64,000 nt of DNA from contig NC_045698.1 in NCBI RefSeq assembly GCF_009834535.1, forward strand, positions 98,704,001 to 98,768,000. Reading direction: 5' to 3'. Under the pieces are notes generated by a model. It worked only from the letters and a program-made list of their open reading frames with translations, did not search any database and was not told where the DNA came from. Origin of the DNA: Camelus ferus (lineage: Eukaryota). The translations under genes were made by a program, and so were the position numbers. How positions within the stretch are numbered: the stretch's first letter is position 1; every line of letters starts with the position of its first letter. Shown in pieces: positions 1 through 12,312 of the stretch.

Positions 1-125
1 GTGGTATCTACTGGCATCTAGTGGGTAGAGGCCAGGGATGCTGCCAGATATCCTATAATGCACAGAGCATCCCCTCCACAACTAAGTTATCGGGCTCAAA
101 ATATTACCAGGGTTGAGAAACCTTG
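1..125 (+). mobile_element. MER20-like hAT-Charlie DNA transposon fossil, 3' part (cut by window edge)
   Basis: ctactggcatctagtgggtagaggccagggatgctgc...cctataatgcac...ggttgagaaaccttg matches the MER20 3' half and terminal repeat as I recall it; no RepeatMasker run. Confidence 0.8.
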
Positions 126-330
126 CCCTAAGCTCAGTTTTTAAATTATTAATTGTTTTAAGCCAGTATTCCTCACTAAACACTGACAAGAGGAGTGAGA
201 TCACCACTATTGGTTTAGTATCAGACCCTACTACAGCTATGAATGGGTTCACCTTCCCCTTAGGTATGTGGAGAGTGGACCCACTACACTAAAAAGAAAG
301 TGTTAGAAGAGATGAAAGGGCATGGGCAAC

Positions 331-668
331 TGTCTTAGTCTTTTTGGGCTGCTGTAACAGTACCATAAACTGAGTGGCTTATAAACAACAGAAATTAATT
401 TTTCAGCTCTGGAGGCTGAGAAGTCTGAGATAAAGGCACTGACAGCTGTGGCGTCTGGTGAGCGCAGGCTTCCTGGTTCGTAGATGGTAGTCTTTTTTGC
501 TGTAATCTCACGTGGTGGAAGGGGTGAGGGAGCTCTCTGCAGCCCCTTTTACGTGATGACTCCACCTTGATGACCTAATCACTTCTCACGAGCCCTACCT
601 TTAAATACCATCACATTGATTAAGTTTCAACATGTGAATTTTGGGGGACATAAATAGTCAGTCTGTAG
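331..668 (-). mobile_element. MaLR solo LTR (MLT1A-like)
   Basis: Reverse complement of the right end reads ...gactgactatttatgtcccccaaaattcacatgttgaa...caatgtgatggtattt, the recalled MLT1A 5' end; left end tgtcttagtc...gggctgctgtaaca is typical of MLT1. Confidence 0.8.
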
Positions 669-734
669 AGGTAACCGATGGTATACAAGAAATAGCTGAT
701 TATTGGGGGGATTTTAATAGTATGTATGTAACTC

Positions 735-2262
735 CAAAAAAGATACAACTGGCCAGTAAGCCCATGAAAAGATGTTCAACATTATTAATCATTGGGGAAA
801 TGCAAATGAAAGCAACAATGAGTTGCCACCTTACACCCATTAGGATGACTACTCTCCAAAAAAAGGAAAGTAACAAATATTGGTGTTATATGGAATAATG
901 AAACCCTTGTGCACTGTTGGTGGGAGTGTAAAACGGTTCAGCCACTGTGAAAAACAGTCAGTGTTTCCTCAGAAAAATTAAAGAGAATTACCATGTGATC
1001 CAGCAATTCCACTTCTGGGTATATTTCCCAAAGAATTAAAAGCAGTGTCTCAAGGAGATTCTTGTATACCCATGTTTAGCAGCGTTGTTCACAGTAGCTA
1101 AAAGTTAGATGCACCCCAAGTGTGCATCAACCAGTGAAGGCATAAGCAAAATGTGGCATGTGTACATATGATGAACTAATTCCTCAGCCTTAAAAAGGAA
1201 GGAAATTCCTTTTTTTCTTTTGAGATATGATTGACCTACAACACTATGTTAGTTACAGGTATACACATAGTCTTTTTCTATACATTAGAAAATGATCACC
1301 ACAGTATCTCTAGTTACCATCTGTCACCATTCAAAGTTACTACAATATTGTTGACTATATTCCCCATGCTATACACCCTTGTGACTCGTTTATTTTGTAA
1401 TTGGAAATTTTTAATATCCCTCACCTTTTTCACTCATCCTCTCACCCCTCTCCCTTCTGGCACCCACTTGTTTGGTCTCTGTATCTGTGAATCTGTTTTT
1501 GTTTCGTTATATTTGTTCATTTGTTTTGCTTTTGTAGATTCCATATGTAAGTGAAATCATACAGTGTTCGTCTTTTTCTGTTAGACTTATTTCACTTAGC
1601 ATAATAATACCCTCTAGGTCCATTCATATTGTGGCAAATGGCAAGATTTCATTCTCTTTCATGGCTGTGTAAATGTACAATACATCTTATCCATTCATTT
1701 ATTGATGGACACTTAGGTTGCTTCTGTATCTTGGCTATTGTAAATAATGTTGCAGTGGACATAGGGGTGCACATATCTTTTTGAATTAGTGTTTTCATTT
1801 TCTTCAGAAACATACCCAGAAGTGAAATTGCTGGATCTTGTGGTAGTTCTATTTTTAATTTTTTGAGGAACCTCCATACTATTTTAAAAAGGAAGAAAAT
1901 TATGACATATGCTGCAATATAGATGAACCTTGAGGATATTATGTTATGTAAAATAAGCCAACTACAAAAAAGGCAAATACTGTATGACTCTGCTTACATG
2001 AGGTATTTAGAGTGGTCAGAATCATAGAGACAGCTAGTAGACAGTGTTTGCCAAGGGCTGGAGAGAGGGGAGAATGAGGAGTAACCATTTTATGGGTATA
2101 CATTTCAGTTTTACAAGATAAAAAGAGTTCTGGTGATGGATGATTGAGATAGTTGCACAATGTTATAAATGTGTTTAATACCACTTAACTGTACACTTAA
2201 AAATGGCTAAGTTGGTAAATTTTATGTTATGTGTATTTTATCACAATAAAAACAGAAAAAAA
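735..2262 (+). mobile_element. Old L1 (L1MB-like) ORF2 end and 3' UTR, split by a younger antisense L1 insertion
   Basis: L1 3' hallmarks (atgcaaatgaaagcaacaatgag, cactgttggtgggagtgtaaa, gatccagcaattccacttctgggtata) at 735-1207; resumes at ~1902 through the 3' UTR to an A-rich tail at ~2245-2262. Confidence 0.8.
1208..1883 (-). mobile_element. 5'-truncated L1 3' end inserted antisense into the older L1
   Basis: T-rich tail at left, antisense L1 3' UTR/ORF2 sequence; flanked by an 18-bp TSD with 1 mismatch (ttaaaaaggaaggaaatt 1190-1207; ttaaaaaggaagaaaatt 1884-1901). Confidence 0.8.
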
Positions 2263-2304
2263 GTATATTTGTCTTTTAACAGTATGGATAGGTGGGTAGG
2301 AGTG

Positions 2305-2375
2305 GGTTGGAGGTGGCAATAGTTCAGTGGTAGAGCTCGTGTTTAGCATGCACGAGGTCCTGTGTTCAAAAAAAA
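2305..2375 (+). mobile_element. tRNA-derived SINE fragment (Vic-1-like, camelid)
   Basis: tagttcagtggtagagctcgtgtttagcatgcacgaggtcctgtgttcaaa: A-box/B-box tRNA-like head; same family as 5750-5899, 42692-42781 and 47700-47847. Confidence 0.65.
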
Positions 2376-2652
2376 TTTTTTTTAAGAAAAGGAAGCTTCA
2401 GTAGTATTCTTCAAAAGGAAATGTCAAGAGGGAAATTCTGTCAGAATGTTTAAGTGGATGTCAATTTTAATAAATTAAAATTTTGATTTAAATTTTGTAG
2501 AAAGAGCATTTTATTCATATTTTGTCAAAAAGAAATAGAGACTTGTAGCCTTTGTACTAAACCAACCAGTATTGTAAAGGAAGTCCAAGAAATAAAGCAA
2601 ATCCAGTCTCCTGTGAGGACCTTCAGAAATAACAGGCGGTAGATATTGCCCT

Positions 2653-2680
2653 GGACCTCTGGGTGCCGCTGTCGGCCAGT
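2653..2680 (+). promoter_or_regulatory. CSE/CGCT-box CTCF core of the gamma-B relic (upstream TGCAG module missing)
   Basis: ggacctctgggtgccgctgtcggccag, CGCT at 2667-2670; aligns to the B-type CSEs (ctctgggcgccgctgttggcc). Confidence 0.75.
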
Positions 2681-2919
2681 CCGTGGCTAGAGTGAAACAA
2701 AGGAATCCACTGGCGTTTCTGACGCAGCGATCCCTGATCCCCGCAGACTTTTGAGAAACCCATCAGGAAGGGACTCTGCACACCGTCTCTCCCGGAATCT
2801 TTTCCAAATATATGGGTCTGGCAACTCAGGGTGAGCCGCTGCCTTATCTTTCCAGTGCACTTTGGTATCCGGCAGCAACCGCAGCGAGATGTATTCAGAC
2901 CTACGAAGCAGCATCAAGA

Positions 2920-5128
2920 AGACACAGAAAGAGGTCCTCCCACTGGGAAGGGCGCGAGAGTGCAGGAAGCACTGTTTTCCTTCCTGCTGTCAGTGTTCAC
3001 TCGAGTGAACTGCGAAGTAGATGCGCTGCAAGATTCCCGATTCTGGAAGAGGTAACCAAGGACTTAAAAGTGGGCAATTTTGCTAAAGATCTACATCTCG
3101 GTGACCAGAACCATGGGTGAGTGCTGAGAAGCCTGTCTTTACCGCCAGCAAAGAGAGCAGGGAGGAACAAGACAATGACAGGATAGATCTAGCTGGTAGG
3201 CCAAAGGAAGTCCCTAGACTCCCTGAACCTGAAAACTTTACTGGAAATCCTATAAATGCCTTTCATATAAATGTATTTTTATCCTGGATATAAATAACAT
3301 AAGGCTTTTAGTGCGGCCATTTTGTTTTGAAAATTCTGGGAAAACATCTTAATAGGAGCAAAGTTTACTCCTAAACTGCAGTAGATATGGATGGTGCAAA
3401 TAATTCTCTACAAATTTATGAGATTAGTTTCAATTAACCATTTCCCCCACTGCCAGAAGTAGAAGAGAGCACAAGGGCAGTAAATATCCTGGTTATTAGA
3501 GAAATTGGGACTGGAGGAGCAGAGCTGCCACCACTTAGTGGTGGGAAGGAAGCAGAACAGCTCAGAGAATGAAACGGATCTTGGATGCCAGAGCCAACCC
3601 TCCCATACTGAACCACAAAGAGTACAGCAGAGTCTGCCTTCTGGAGGACGTGCCTTCCACCTCCTTGTCTACATTCTTCAGGTGATCCCTTCTGACGTAG
3701 ATGATACCCCTAAGGTAGAGTTCTCCTGTACTTCCCACACAGTCCCACAGGATATACAGAATATATCCTATAATAGCAAGCACCATCTTTGATTTTGAAG
3801 AGTGACAGTTACATCGTAGCCTCTTCTACGGTGTAGAAGAGGACAGGAGACAGTTAAGGGCCCAATCCTGGTTGAAATGGAGGTTGGGAACCATAATGCA
3901 GTGCAGGTGACTTTCAACTGAGTGTCTAGTCCTATTAGAGATCAGAACTGTGGTTGCACTTACCAGAACAACAGGACTCAAGAGACTTGCTTAAAGGGAT
4001 AAGTGAAAGATATTGTAAAGAGTAACAAACACACAGCCAACAATTCATCTCTAACAATTACTGTGGAATTCTTTGTAAGCTACTGACAGATGGAATTCTA
4101 AACTGGAAGCAGAATCAGAATTTCCATGTACCGACAAGAACAAGCTGTCCCTCTCCTCTGATGCATCATGCATCGGCCTGCATACAACCCAGATTAACAA
4201 AAATGCTCTAGTTTTCCAACAGGCCTACTATAGTCCTGGAGACCAGGAACACTCACCAAGAGCCTCCGTTGCACATGTTAGTGCTTCCACCTTGAACTTG
4301 GAGCCCTGAGTGCCTCTTCTTTCTTCCTGACCAGCAACCTGGGTGCTGTTGTCCAACGTGTCACTGAGTGCAGAGCACAACAGTGCTTACCGCAGCCTAC
4401 CTTTGAGCTGACTCTGCAACCATGACCAGGGTTCGACTGGGCTTGGTGTCATCCTGAGCCTGCCTGTAATGGTGGACTACCACTGTGAAAATGGCGCAGA
4501 AGATGCTATGCTGGCAGTTGCACCTGGAAGTTGTGTCGCTCTTCCATGGGCACCATATACTGTGCAGCCTGGTCGCCAAGGTGGGTACTGAGTGGGGTGC
4601 AATGCCTGACTGTCCTATCAGGTGCTTCAGACCACCTGCTCTGATTCTTCAACCTGAGGATACACAAGAATGGGATGCACGCTGTGGCACTGCAGGTGAC
4701 AGACGCAGCTCTCTGGGGCTTGCTGGTTACCATGCTCAGTGACGACAGCCATCACGCTGCAGCTGGTCTTTGCCTGTGGTTTGCAGGAGTTGCAGTCTTA
4801 CCTCAGCAACCATCTGGCACCTGCCACCAGAGCTACAGTTTTACTTGGTCTCTGTGCTCTTCCTCCTGGCAGTGATTCTGGTCATCACCTGGTCGGTGCC
4901 TGTGATGTTCCTCCAGCCCTGCTTTCAGCCTGGTCCGTGGACCAAGCCTGGATTTGTAGTTGCTTCCATTTCAGGAAGAGATTTCCCTATTCCTACAGTC
5001 TATATGTGGCTTCAGATATTGCAGTCTTTAATTTCTTCATGGTAACTCAGAAACATCTTTCAACTGGATGTTTTCTGTAGTGCCAACAGTGAAGCCATAA
5101 ATATTACATTGGGTTCAAATGTATATGT
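2920..5128 (+). pseudogene. Relic PCDHG B-subfamily variable exon (many frameshifts and stops, ATG lost)
   Basis: Collinear fragments: signal peptide QEALFSFLLSVF (~2963-2998), EC1 EEVTKDLKVGNFAKDLHLG, VSAEKPVF, EEQSCHHLVV, FDFEE, KLLTDGIL, VFQQAY, TM region ELQFYL..SVLFLLAVILVI, cytoplasmic CFQPG and FPYSYSLYVAS; donor-like GTGAGT at 5129-5134. Confidence 0.88.
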
Positions 5129-5749
5129 GTGAGTTTTAACACTTTATTTCATAAATATCCTGATGTAAGCAGTCATGATCGGTTTTGGTTGGATTTGGGG
5201 GTGCAGGGGGAGCTCTACAAGTTTACTTGCTAGTTTCTATGTGTATTTTGATTTGTTTCATTGGCCCAGAAAATTCCTTTGGGCCAAACTTTGTGCCTAT
5301 TAATGCATGTTCTGAAAAGTTATGTTTCCTACTAAAGAATTCTTTCCTTGCAACATTGAGGGAGGTTCACTGCATCTTTAAGTGTCTGCTCTTTGGCTCC
5401 ATTATACTTGTCTTTGAGAAGCTGAGAAAATATAGATTTGGTTATACAGGAACACATATTCTCTTTCCAAAAACTGTTCTCTGGCCTTCCAATTGTTTCC
5501 TTTCTTTCTTTCATCATTTTCCAGACCCTTCTCACTCACGTGCCCATGGGTTGGCTGCCAATATCTCGTTCAGTTTGTTCCTGAAAAATGTCAGCCTCTG
5601 GAATGCAAAGATCATTCTTCCCTAACTTTTGGGTTAAGATAAATAAATCACACTAGGCTGAGACATGTTAGTAACTGTTTACTAATTTTGCAATGCGTAA
5701 AAGAAGGAAAGCAATCTAGTTTTTACATCTTGATTTTTTTAAACTTTTA

Positions 5750-5783
5750 AAATATCTTTTGGGGGGAGGTAATTGTGTTCATT

Positions 5784-5820
<37 letters not shown>

Positions 5821-5899
5821 TTAATGGAGGTGCTGGGGATTGAACCCAGGACCCTGTGCATGCTAAGCATGCACTTTATCACTAAGCTATACCCTCCCC
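5750..5899 (-). mobile_element. Vic-1-like tRNA-derived SINE with (CA)n in its tail
   Basis: Reverse complement reads ggggagggtatagcttagtgataaagtgcatgcttagcatgcacagggtcctgggttcaatccccagcacctcc...aattacctcccccc. Confidence 0.8.
5788..5817. repeat. (TG)15 microsatellite inside the SINE tail
   Basis: Direct reading of the sequence. Confidence 0.95.
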
Positions 5900-6689
5900 T
5901 CCTCAAAATCTTCCTACTTTAGAAAACCAATTTATCTTGGAGAAAATATTAAGTGTGAATGTAGGAGAATACAGTATATTATCCTAATATAGGCTGGCTA
6001 AAAATAAAGATGTGGCCTTTTTCTTGTCAGTTTTGAAAAATAATATCACCACCTCTTGTGTCTCTTAAATATAAAATCTAAATTAGATATTCATGTCACA
6101 TTTTCCTAAGGAAATTCCAAGAGCTCAGTGTTATTTTATGCAAAATATATTACTTTCAGCTGAATTAAAGGTCTTTTAAAAGTCCATATTAAAGACATTT
6201 TAAGCTCCATATTACAGAGATACTTCAGTAAAAGGATGGGGTAAAACATGTCTTTCAGAATTCCAAGGTTTCTGATAAATATTCGAAGCACTGTGGATAG
6301 GAAATGGGACAGTCCAATTTTTAAAAAATCTTCCTTGGACTCTAAAAGTTTATTTTTCCCTTCAGTTTTTTTCATCATCCTGTCAGAGGGCAGTTGCTCA
6401 TCTATATGGCCTGGGCAATTATCAAGTGGTCAAGATACATTACAGAGGAAGGGAGAGATGATTTTGTCCCCTTTGTGATGTTTCCTGAAAAGCAAACAGG
6501 GAAAGCAGATAGTTTGGGAATATTGGGATTCTACTGTGTGTTGCAATTTAGCAATATGTAGATATAATTAATTAATTGAACGTACTAATTTTTCTTTTTC
6601 GTAGTTACATTGTGTAATGCTTAACTATTTCCTTGATAATAAATTAAGACCCTGTTAATGAGAAAGGAAAGTTCAAGTATTATCTAGGA

Positions 6690-6730
6690 GTGCAGTAAAA
6701 GGTTAGGACTCTGGGTGTCGCTGTTCACCA
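6690..6730 (+). promoter_or_regulatory. PCDHGA1 promoter CSE (CTCF site)
   Basis: gtgcag at 6690, ggactctgggtgtcgctgttcacc, CGCT at 6719; about 235 bp upstream of the ATG. Confidence 0.92.
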
Positions 6731-6953
6731 GTCTGGAAGAGAAAGGCAGCGCGCACCCACCCCGCGAGGCGGAAAAACTTAGAACCTCCATCACCGCCAG
6801 ATTGAAAACAGCCTCCCTTAGGCTGCCCAGATTCTACTTCTGGACCACTTTCTGCTCTGAATTGTCCTGAAAATTAGGTCAATTTAGGTTTAGAAGAGCA
6901 GAGAAACAGTACCCTTTGCGCTGGCCTGGAAGAAAACTATGAAGCAAAGAGCA

Positions 6954-9368
6954 ATGGCGATTCGAGTGAAGCTGCTCGGCTGCAGCAGGCTGATTCTGCT
7001 GTTCCTTTTTCGGGGGCTGTTTCTGGAAGCCTATGCTGGAAAGGTCTGCTACTCGGTGCCAGAAGAGACAGAAAAAGGTTTCTTCGTGGGCAACATCTCC
7101 AAAGACCTGGAGCTGGAGCCCCGGGAGCTGGCGGAGCGGGGAGCCCGCATCATCTCCAGAGGTAGGACGCAGCTCTTTGCTCTGAATCCGCAAAGCGGCA
7201 GCTTGGTCACTGTGGGCAGGATAGACCGAGAGGAGCTCTGCGCGCAGAGCGCACGGTGTCTGGTGAGTTTTAACATCTTGGTAGAGGATAAAATGAAGCT
7301 TTTCCCTGTTGAAGTGGAAATAATTGATATTAATGACAACACTCCCCAATTTCAGTTAGAGGAAGTGGAATTTAAAATGAATGAAATAACCACTCCAGGT
7401 ACCAGGATCCCTCTGCCTTTTGGGCAAGACCTTGATGTGGATATGAATTCACTCCAGAGCTACGAGCTCAGCTCCAACCCTCATTTCTCCCTTTATGTAC
7501 AACAAGGACCTGATGGGTCCCAGCAGCCAGAGATGGTGCTGCAGAGTCCCCTAGATAGAGAAAAAGAAGCTGTCCACCACCTCCTTCTCACTGCTTTCGA
7601 TGGGGGCAACCCAGTCCGTTCAGGAACCCTCCGAATTCGAGTTCAAGTAGTGGATGCAAATGACAACCCTCCAGCGTTCACTCAAGCACAGTACCACACA
7701 AGTGTCCCTGAGAATGTGTCGCTGGGCACTCCGCTGGTCACAGTAAAAGCTACCGACCCAGATGAAGGAGCCAATGGGGAAGTAACATATTCATTTCACA
7801 ACATAGACCACAAAGTGGCGCAAATATTTCACTTGGATTCTTACACAGGAGAAATATCAAATAAAACACCTCTGGATTTCGAAGAATACATGATTTATCC
7901 AATGGAAATTCAAGCTCAGGATGGTGCAGGCCTCATGGCCAGAACTAAGGTGCTGATCAAAGTTCTGGACATAAATGATAATGCTCCAGAGGTGACCATC
8001 ACCTCTGTTACCACTGCACTCCCAGAAAACTTTCCTCCTGGGGCCATAATTGCTCTTATCAGTGTGCATGATCAGGACTCCGGAGACAATGGTCACACTA
8101 CCTGTTCCATTCCTGAAAATCTACCCTTTAAACTAGAAAAGTTAGATGATAGTTATTATCGTTTAGTGACAGAAAGAACAATGGATAGAGAACTTACCTC
8201 CAGGTACAACATCACAGTAACAGCAACAGATCAGGGAATCCCGACTTTATCTACTGAAACACACATTTCACTGGAAGTGACAGATATCAACGACAATGCC
8301 CCTGTCTTCCTCCAGGACTCCTACTCCACCTACATTCCAGAAAACAACCCCAGAGGTGCTTCCATCTTCTCTGTGACAGCCCATGATGCTGACAGCAATG
8401 AGAATGCAATAATCACTTATTCCTTGGCGGAGGACACCATCCAGGGGGTGCCTCTATCCTCCTATGTCTCCATCAACTCAGACACCGGCGTCCTTTATGC
8501 ATTGCGATCCTTCGACTATGAGCGGTTCCGGGACCTGAAACTGAAAGTGATGGCGCGTGACAGCGGGGACCCGCCACTCAGCAGCAACGTGTCACTGGGC
8601 ATATTCGTGCTGGACCAGAATGACAATGCCCCTGAAATTCTGTATCCCNNNNNNNNNNNNNNNNNNNNNNNNNNNNNNNNNNNNNNNNNNNNNNNNNNNN
8701 NNNNNNNNNNNNNNNNNNNNNNNNNNNNNNNNNNNNNNNNNNNNNNNNNNNNNNNNNNNNNNNNNNNNNNNNNNNNNNNNNNNNNNNNNNNNNNNNNNNN
8801 NNNNNNNNTGGGGCTGCACACGGGCGAGGTGCGCACAGCGCGGGCCCTGCTGGACAGAGATGCGCTCAAGCAGAGCCTGGTGGTGGCGGTGCAGGACCAT
8901 GGGCAGCCCCCTCTCTCTGCCACTGTCACGCTCACAGTAGCTGTAGCTGACAGCATCCCAGACGTCCTGGCCGACCTGGGCAGCATCAAGCCCTCCACCG
9001 ACCCTGACAACTCAAGTCTCACGCTGTACCTGGTGGTGGCGGTCGCCGCGGTCTCCTGCATCTTTCTCGCCTTTGTCATCGTGCTGCTGGCGCTCAGATT
9101 GCGGCGCTGGCACAGATCCCGCATACAGACTGCAGGTGTACTGGCCGGCTTGCCCGCCTCTCAGTTCGTGGGCGTGGACGGGGTGCGGGCTTTTCTGCAG
9201 ACCTATTCCCACGAGGTGTCGCTCACCGCGGACTCGCGGAAGAGTCACGTGATCTTCCCGCAGCCCAACTACGCGGACACGCTCATCAGCCAGGAGAGCT
9301 GTGAGAAAAAGGATTTTCTATCAGCACCCCAATGTTTACTTGAAGACAAAAAGGAAACATTTTCTCAG
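6954..9368 (+). CDS. PCDHGA1: Protocadherin gamma-A1 variable exon (signal, EC1-6, TM, variable cytoplasmic domain; needs constant exons)
   Basis: [36 protein letters not shown] and the C-terminal KKDFLSAPQ match human GA1 as recalled; first A gene in the array. Strong-context ATG at 6954 (alternative in-frame ATG at 6939); donor CAG|GTAAAC after 9368; N-gap 8649-8808. Confidence 0.93.
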
Positions 9369-11586
9369 GTAAACTTTTTGTAGTAAGTTTATCTAGATAA
9401 AAATAATTTCTGCGTTTACTTACTTGCTTTCACTCTTTACTGCTAATAGTTCTCTACATCCCGTATGTCTTTGTAGACGTCGATTTACAAATCTTGGGAA
9501 ATCACTATCAAGTGTTTATATCCAAGTATATTAATAGTTGTTCTTTCATTGAAAAGGAGATTGTAATTAATCATAATGTAGGTGTAATGTGGCATGAAGA
9601 GTTGTGGGAAAAGCACCACATCAGAAACAAGGAGATTTGGCTTTTAACATTTTCTTGCTTACCACTGGCCAAATAATTTTATTTTTCTGGGTTTACCATT
9701 CTCTTATCTGGCAAGGATTGAGTTTGACTAGAAAAAGTCCACCAGTATTTATGTGACTAATACTGTTCTCAAATAAGTTATAAAGATCGCCTAATTAGTT
9801 CCTAACTTTAATGTAGATGTCATCTGTTGGAGTGCTGTTTTATTTGGGGCATTTGAAGAGGTAAAGACTGTGTAAGGTAGTATTTTAAGTTGTGTTAATA
9901 TAAATTATGGGAATCTAGGTAATCTACAGATTTAAGCCATTGTTGAGTATCTAAGCCCTTTGTTTAGTCATTTATTTTGATATATTTTATGCATGCTCAA
10001 GAAGACGTCAAATGTTTAAGTAACTTATGAAATGAAGTAATAAAATGAGTGACAGAAAATCTACCATGCAACTTGAGAAAAAGTTTGAAGCCTCCTGACT
10101 TGTATATTGTGCCTGTAATGTTGATGACTAACAAAATCAAGTACATATTACGTTTTAATGTGTGTTAGCTCTTTGTAAGAAATGCATCATAGGGGAATCC
10201 TTGCTTTGATATACTTACTCTCCTCCAGTAAATTAAAGAGATATATAAAATATAAAAAGAAGAAAGCAGAAGCATAGTAAGGTACAAATAAAAAATAAAT
10301 ATCTAAATGGACTGAAGATGGGACAAAGTGGTGAGCCAGGCTAAAGCTAAAGTAGGAATTCTAGTCTTGAACTTAGATGAAGGCATTGTAGGTCACAAGA
10401 TTGTTCCAGCAGTGTAATAGGGACAAAGGTCTGCAGGCTAAACAAGGGACCTGAGCCAGGCTTACTCCTAGGATCCAAAATAAGCAATTAAGGCCCCTCA
10501 CCTGGTAAAAGAAAAAAGGCGGTGGAGGAGGGAGAGGAATCAAAAAATGTTGCCTACCTGTTCCTATGATAACTTTTTGCAAGCTACAAACCAAGGGAGT
10601 GAGGTGAACACCATACTGTCTTCAGAAAATGCACACTAAGTCTCTCAGACTTGAGTTGTGATATTCCAAATACCACTCTTGCATACCATTAAGTGCCATT
10701 AGAAGTCCTAGTTATGGCCTGGGACCTGGGGATTTCTGGAACTTACTGTTACTAATGAGAATTTTCTGTCAACAAATTGTCATTATTTTTTAGGTAATCT
10801 CTGTTTTCTCTGATGGCTTTTTAAAAATTTCCCTCATTCTTGCTGTATGTCTAAGTTCGGGTTTTTATTTTTACTTTTATTTTCTGTTTAGTAGCAAGAG
10901 TATACTCTTAATAACATGGTGTTATAATTTAAAATCTTCTCAGCTCTTATAATTTAAAACTTTACTTCTGTGGATGTATTAATGAACTTTTTACCTATTA
11001 AACACTGAGATTACTAACTTGGATGATTTTTAAAATCCGTCTATTCTGCTGACAAGATACATGCTTAAAACACAATTATACTGGAAAATTGAAAATAAAG
11101 TTATAGATGGATAGATGTACACACACACAACCCACACACAAGAAAGCAGTCGTGTCAATATTACTATAACACCAAAGTAGTGTTTAAGGCAACAGCATTA
11201 ATGGTCATTTTTTTTTAACGAACTGATTATAGTTGTAATTGAACAGACAACCAAAAAGTTATAAAAATTATGAACTTCTATCACCAAACAATATACTTTG
11301 AAAATAATACCAGGACATTTTAACACAGTTCTGTAAGAAATAACACACCCCACAGGCAGAAGATTACTAGGTACCCAGAAGACTTGAACAGCAGAATCTA
11401 TAAGCTTGATCTGATAGATCTGTATAGAATCCTATACACAACAAATATATAGAAGAGCCATTTTATATGAAAATATGGGAAATCTACAGTAGTTTACTGC
11501 ATAGTCATCACACACAAAAAAATGCAGAGCTAGTTTCAAAGTACCAATAATATACATGCCATATAACATGTACTTAAATCACAAAG

Positions 11587-11899
11587 CTGGCTAGCGGGGA
11601 AAATAGGGATTAGTAAAAGGGTACAAACTTTCAGCTGTAAGAGGAATAAGAGTAAAGCCTGAGGACCTCATGTATAATGTAGAGACTATGGTTGATAACA
11701 CTGTGTTGTATAAAAGAAATTTGCTTAGAGTTTTAATGCTCTCTCACACACACACAAAGGTAAATATGTGAGGTGATGGATATATTAATTAGCTCAGTAG
11801 GAGGAATCCTTTCACAATGTGTACACATCAAATCATCATGTTGTGTACTTCAAATATTTTACAATTTCATTTTTCAATTATACTTCAGTAAAGCTGGAA
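11587..11899 (+). mobile_element. L1 3' end (L1MA/MB-like) nested in the older L1
   Basis: gggtacaaactttcagctgtaag...gtgaggtgatggatatattaattag...aataaagc-type 3' end; 11-bp TSD aaatcacaaag at 11576-11586 and 11900-11910. Confidence 0.75.
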
Positions 11900-12312
11900 A
11901 AATCACAAAGGAAACATTTAAAAATAATAAAAAGAAACAAAAAGGTTTAGACATTTAAATCTACACCCCTAAATTACTCTTAGTTCTTAGTTCTTCTTTT
12001 TCGACAACTCTTAAAAAATCACAATGAAATAAAAATATATTAAAATTAATCAATTAAAAATAAAAATCATAATGGAAATAAAAACTACAAAAATTAAAAT
12101 TATTTATGAAAATTGTGGAATGGAGCTAAAAGAGTATTTAAGGGTAAATTTATAGACAGCTGTAATAATTTCAAAAAACAAATGATTAAAAATAAGTGAG
12201 TTTAACTTCCCACTCAAGAAACAAGGCAAAAATATATATCAGCATAAACTTAAACAAAATAATAGGAAAAGTAATGAAGAATATAAATTATTGAAATGCA
12301 AACAAGGAAGAA

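Noticed and set aside
641-2184. Small ORFs at 641-898, 1231-1554, 1939-2184 (also 43229-43420 and 43664-43876)
   Set aside because: They fall within L1/LTR fossils and are translations of repeat sequence.
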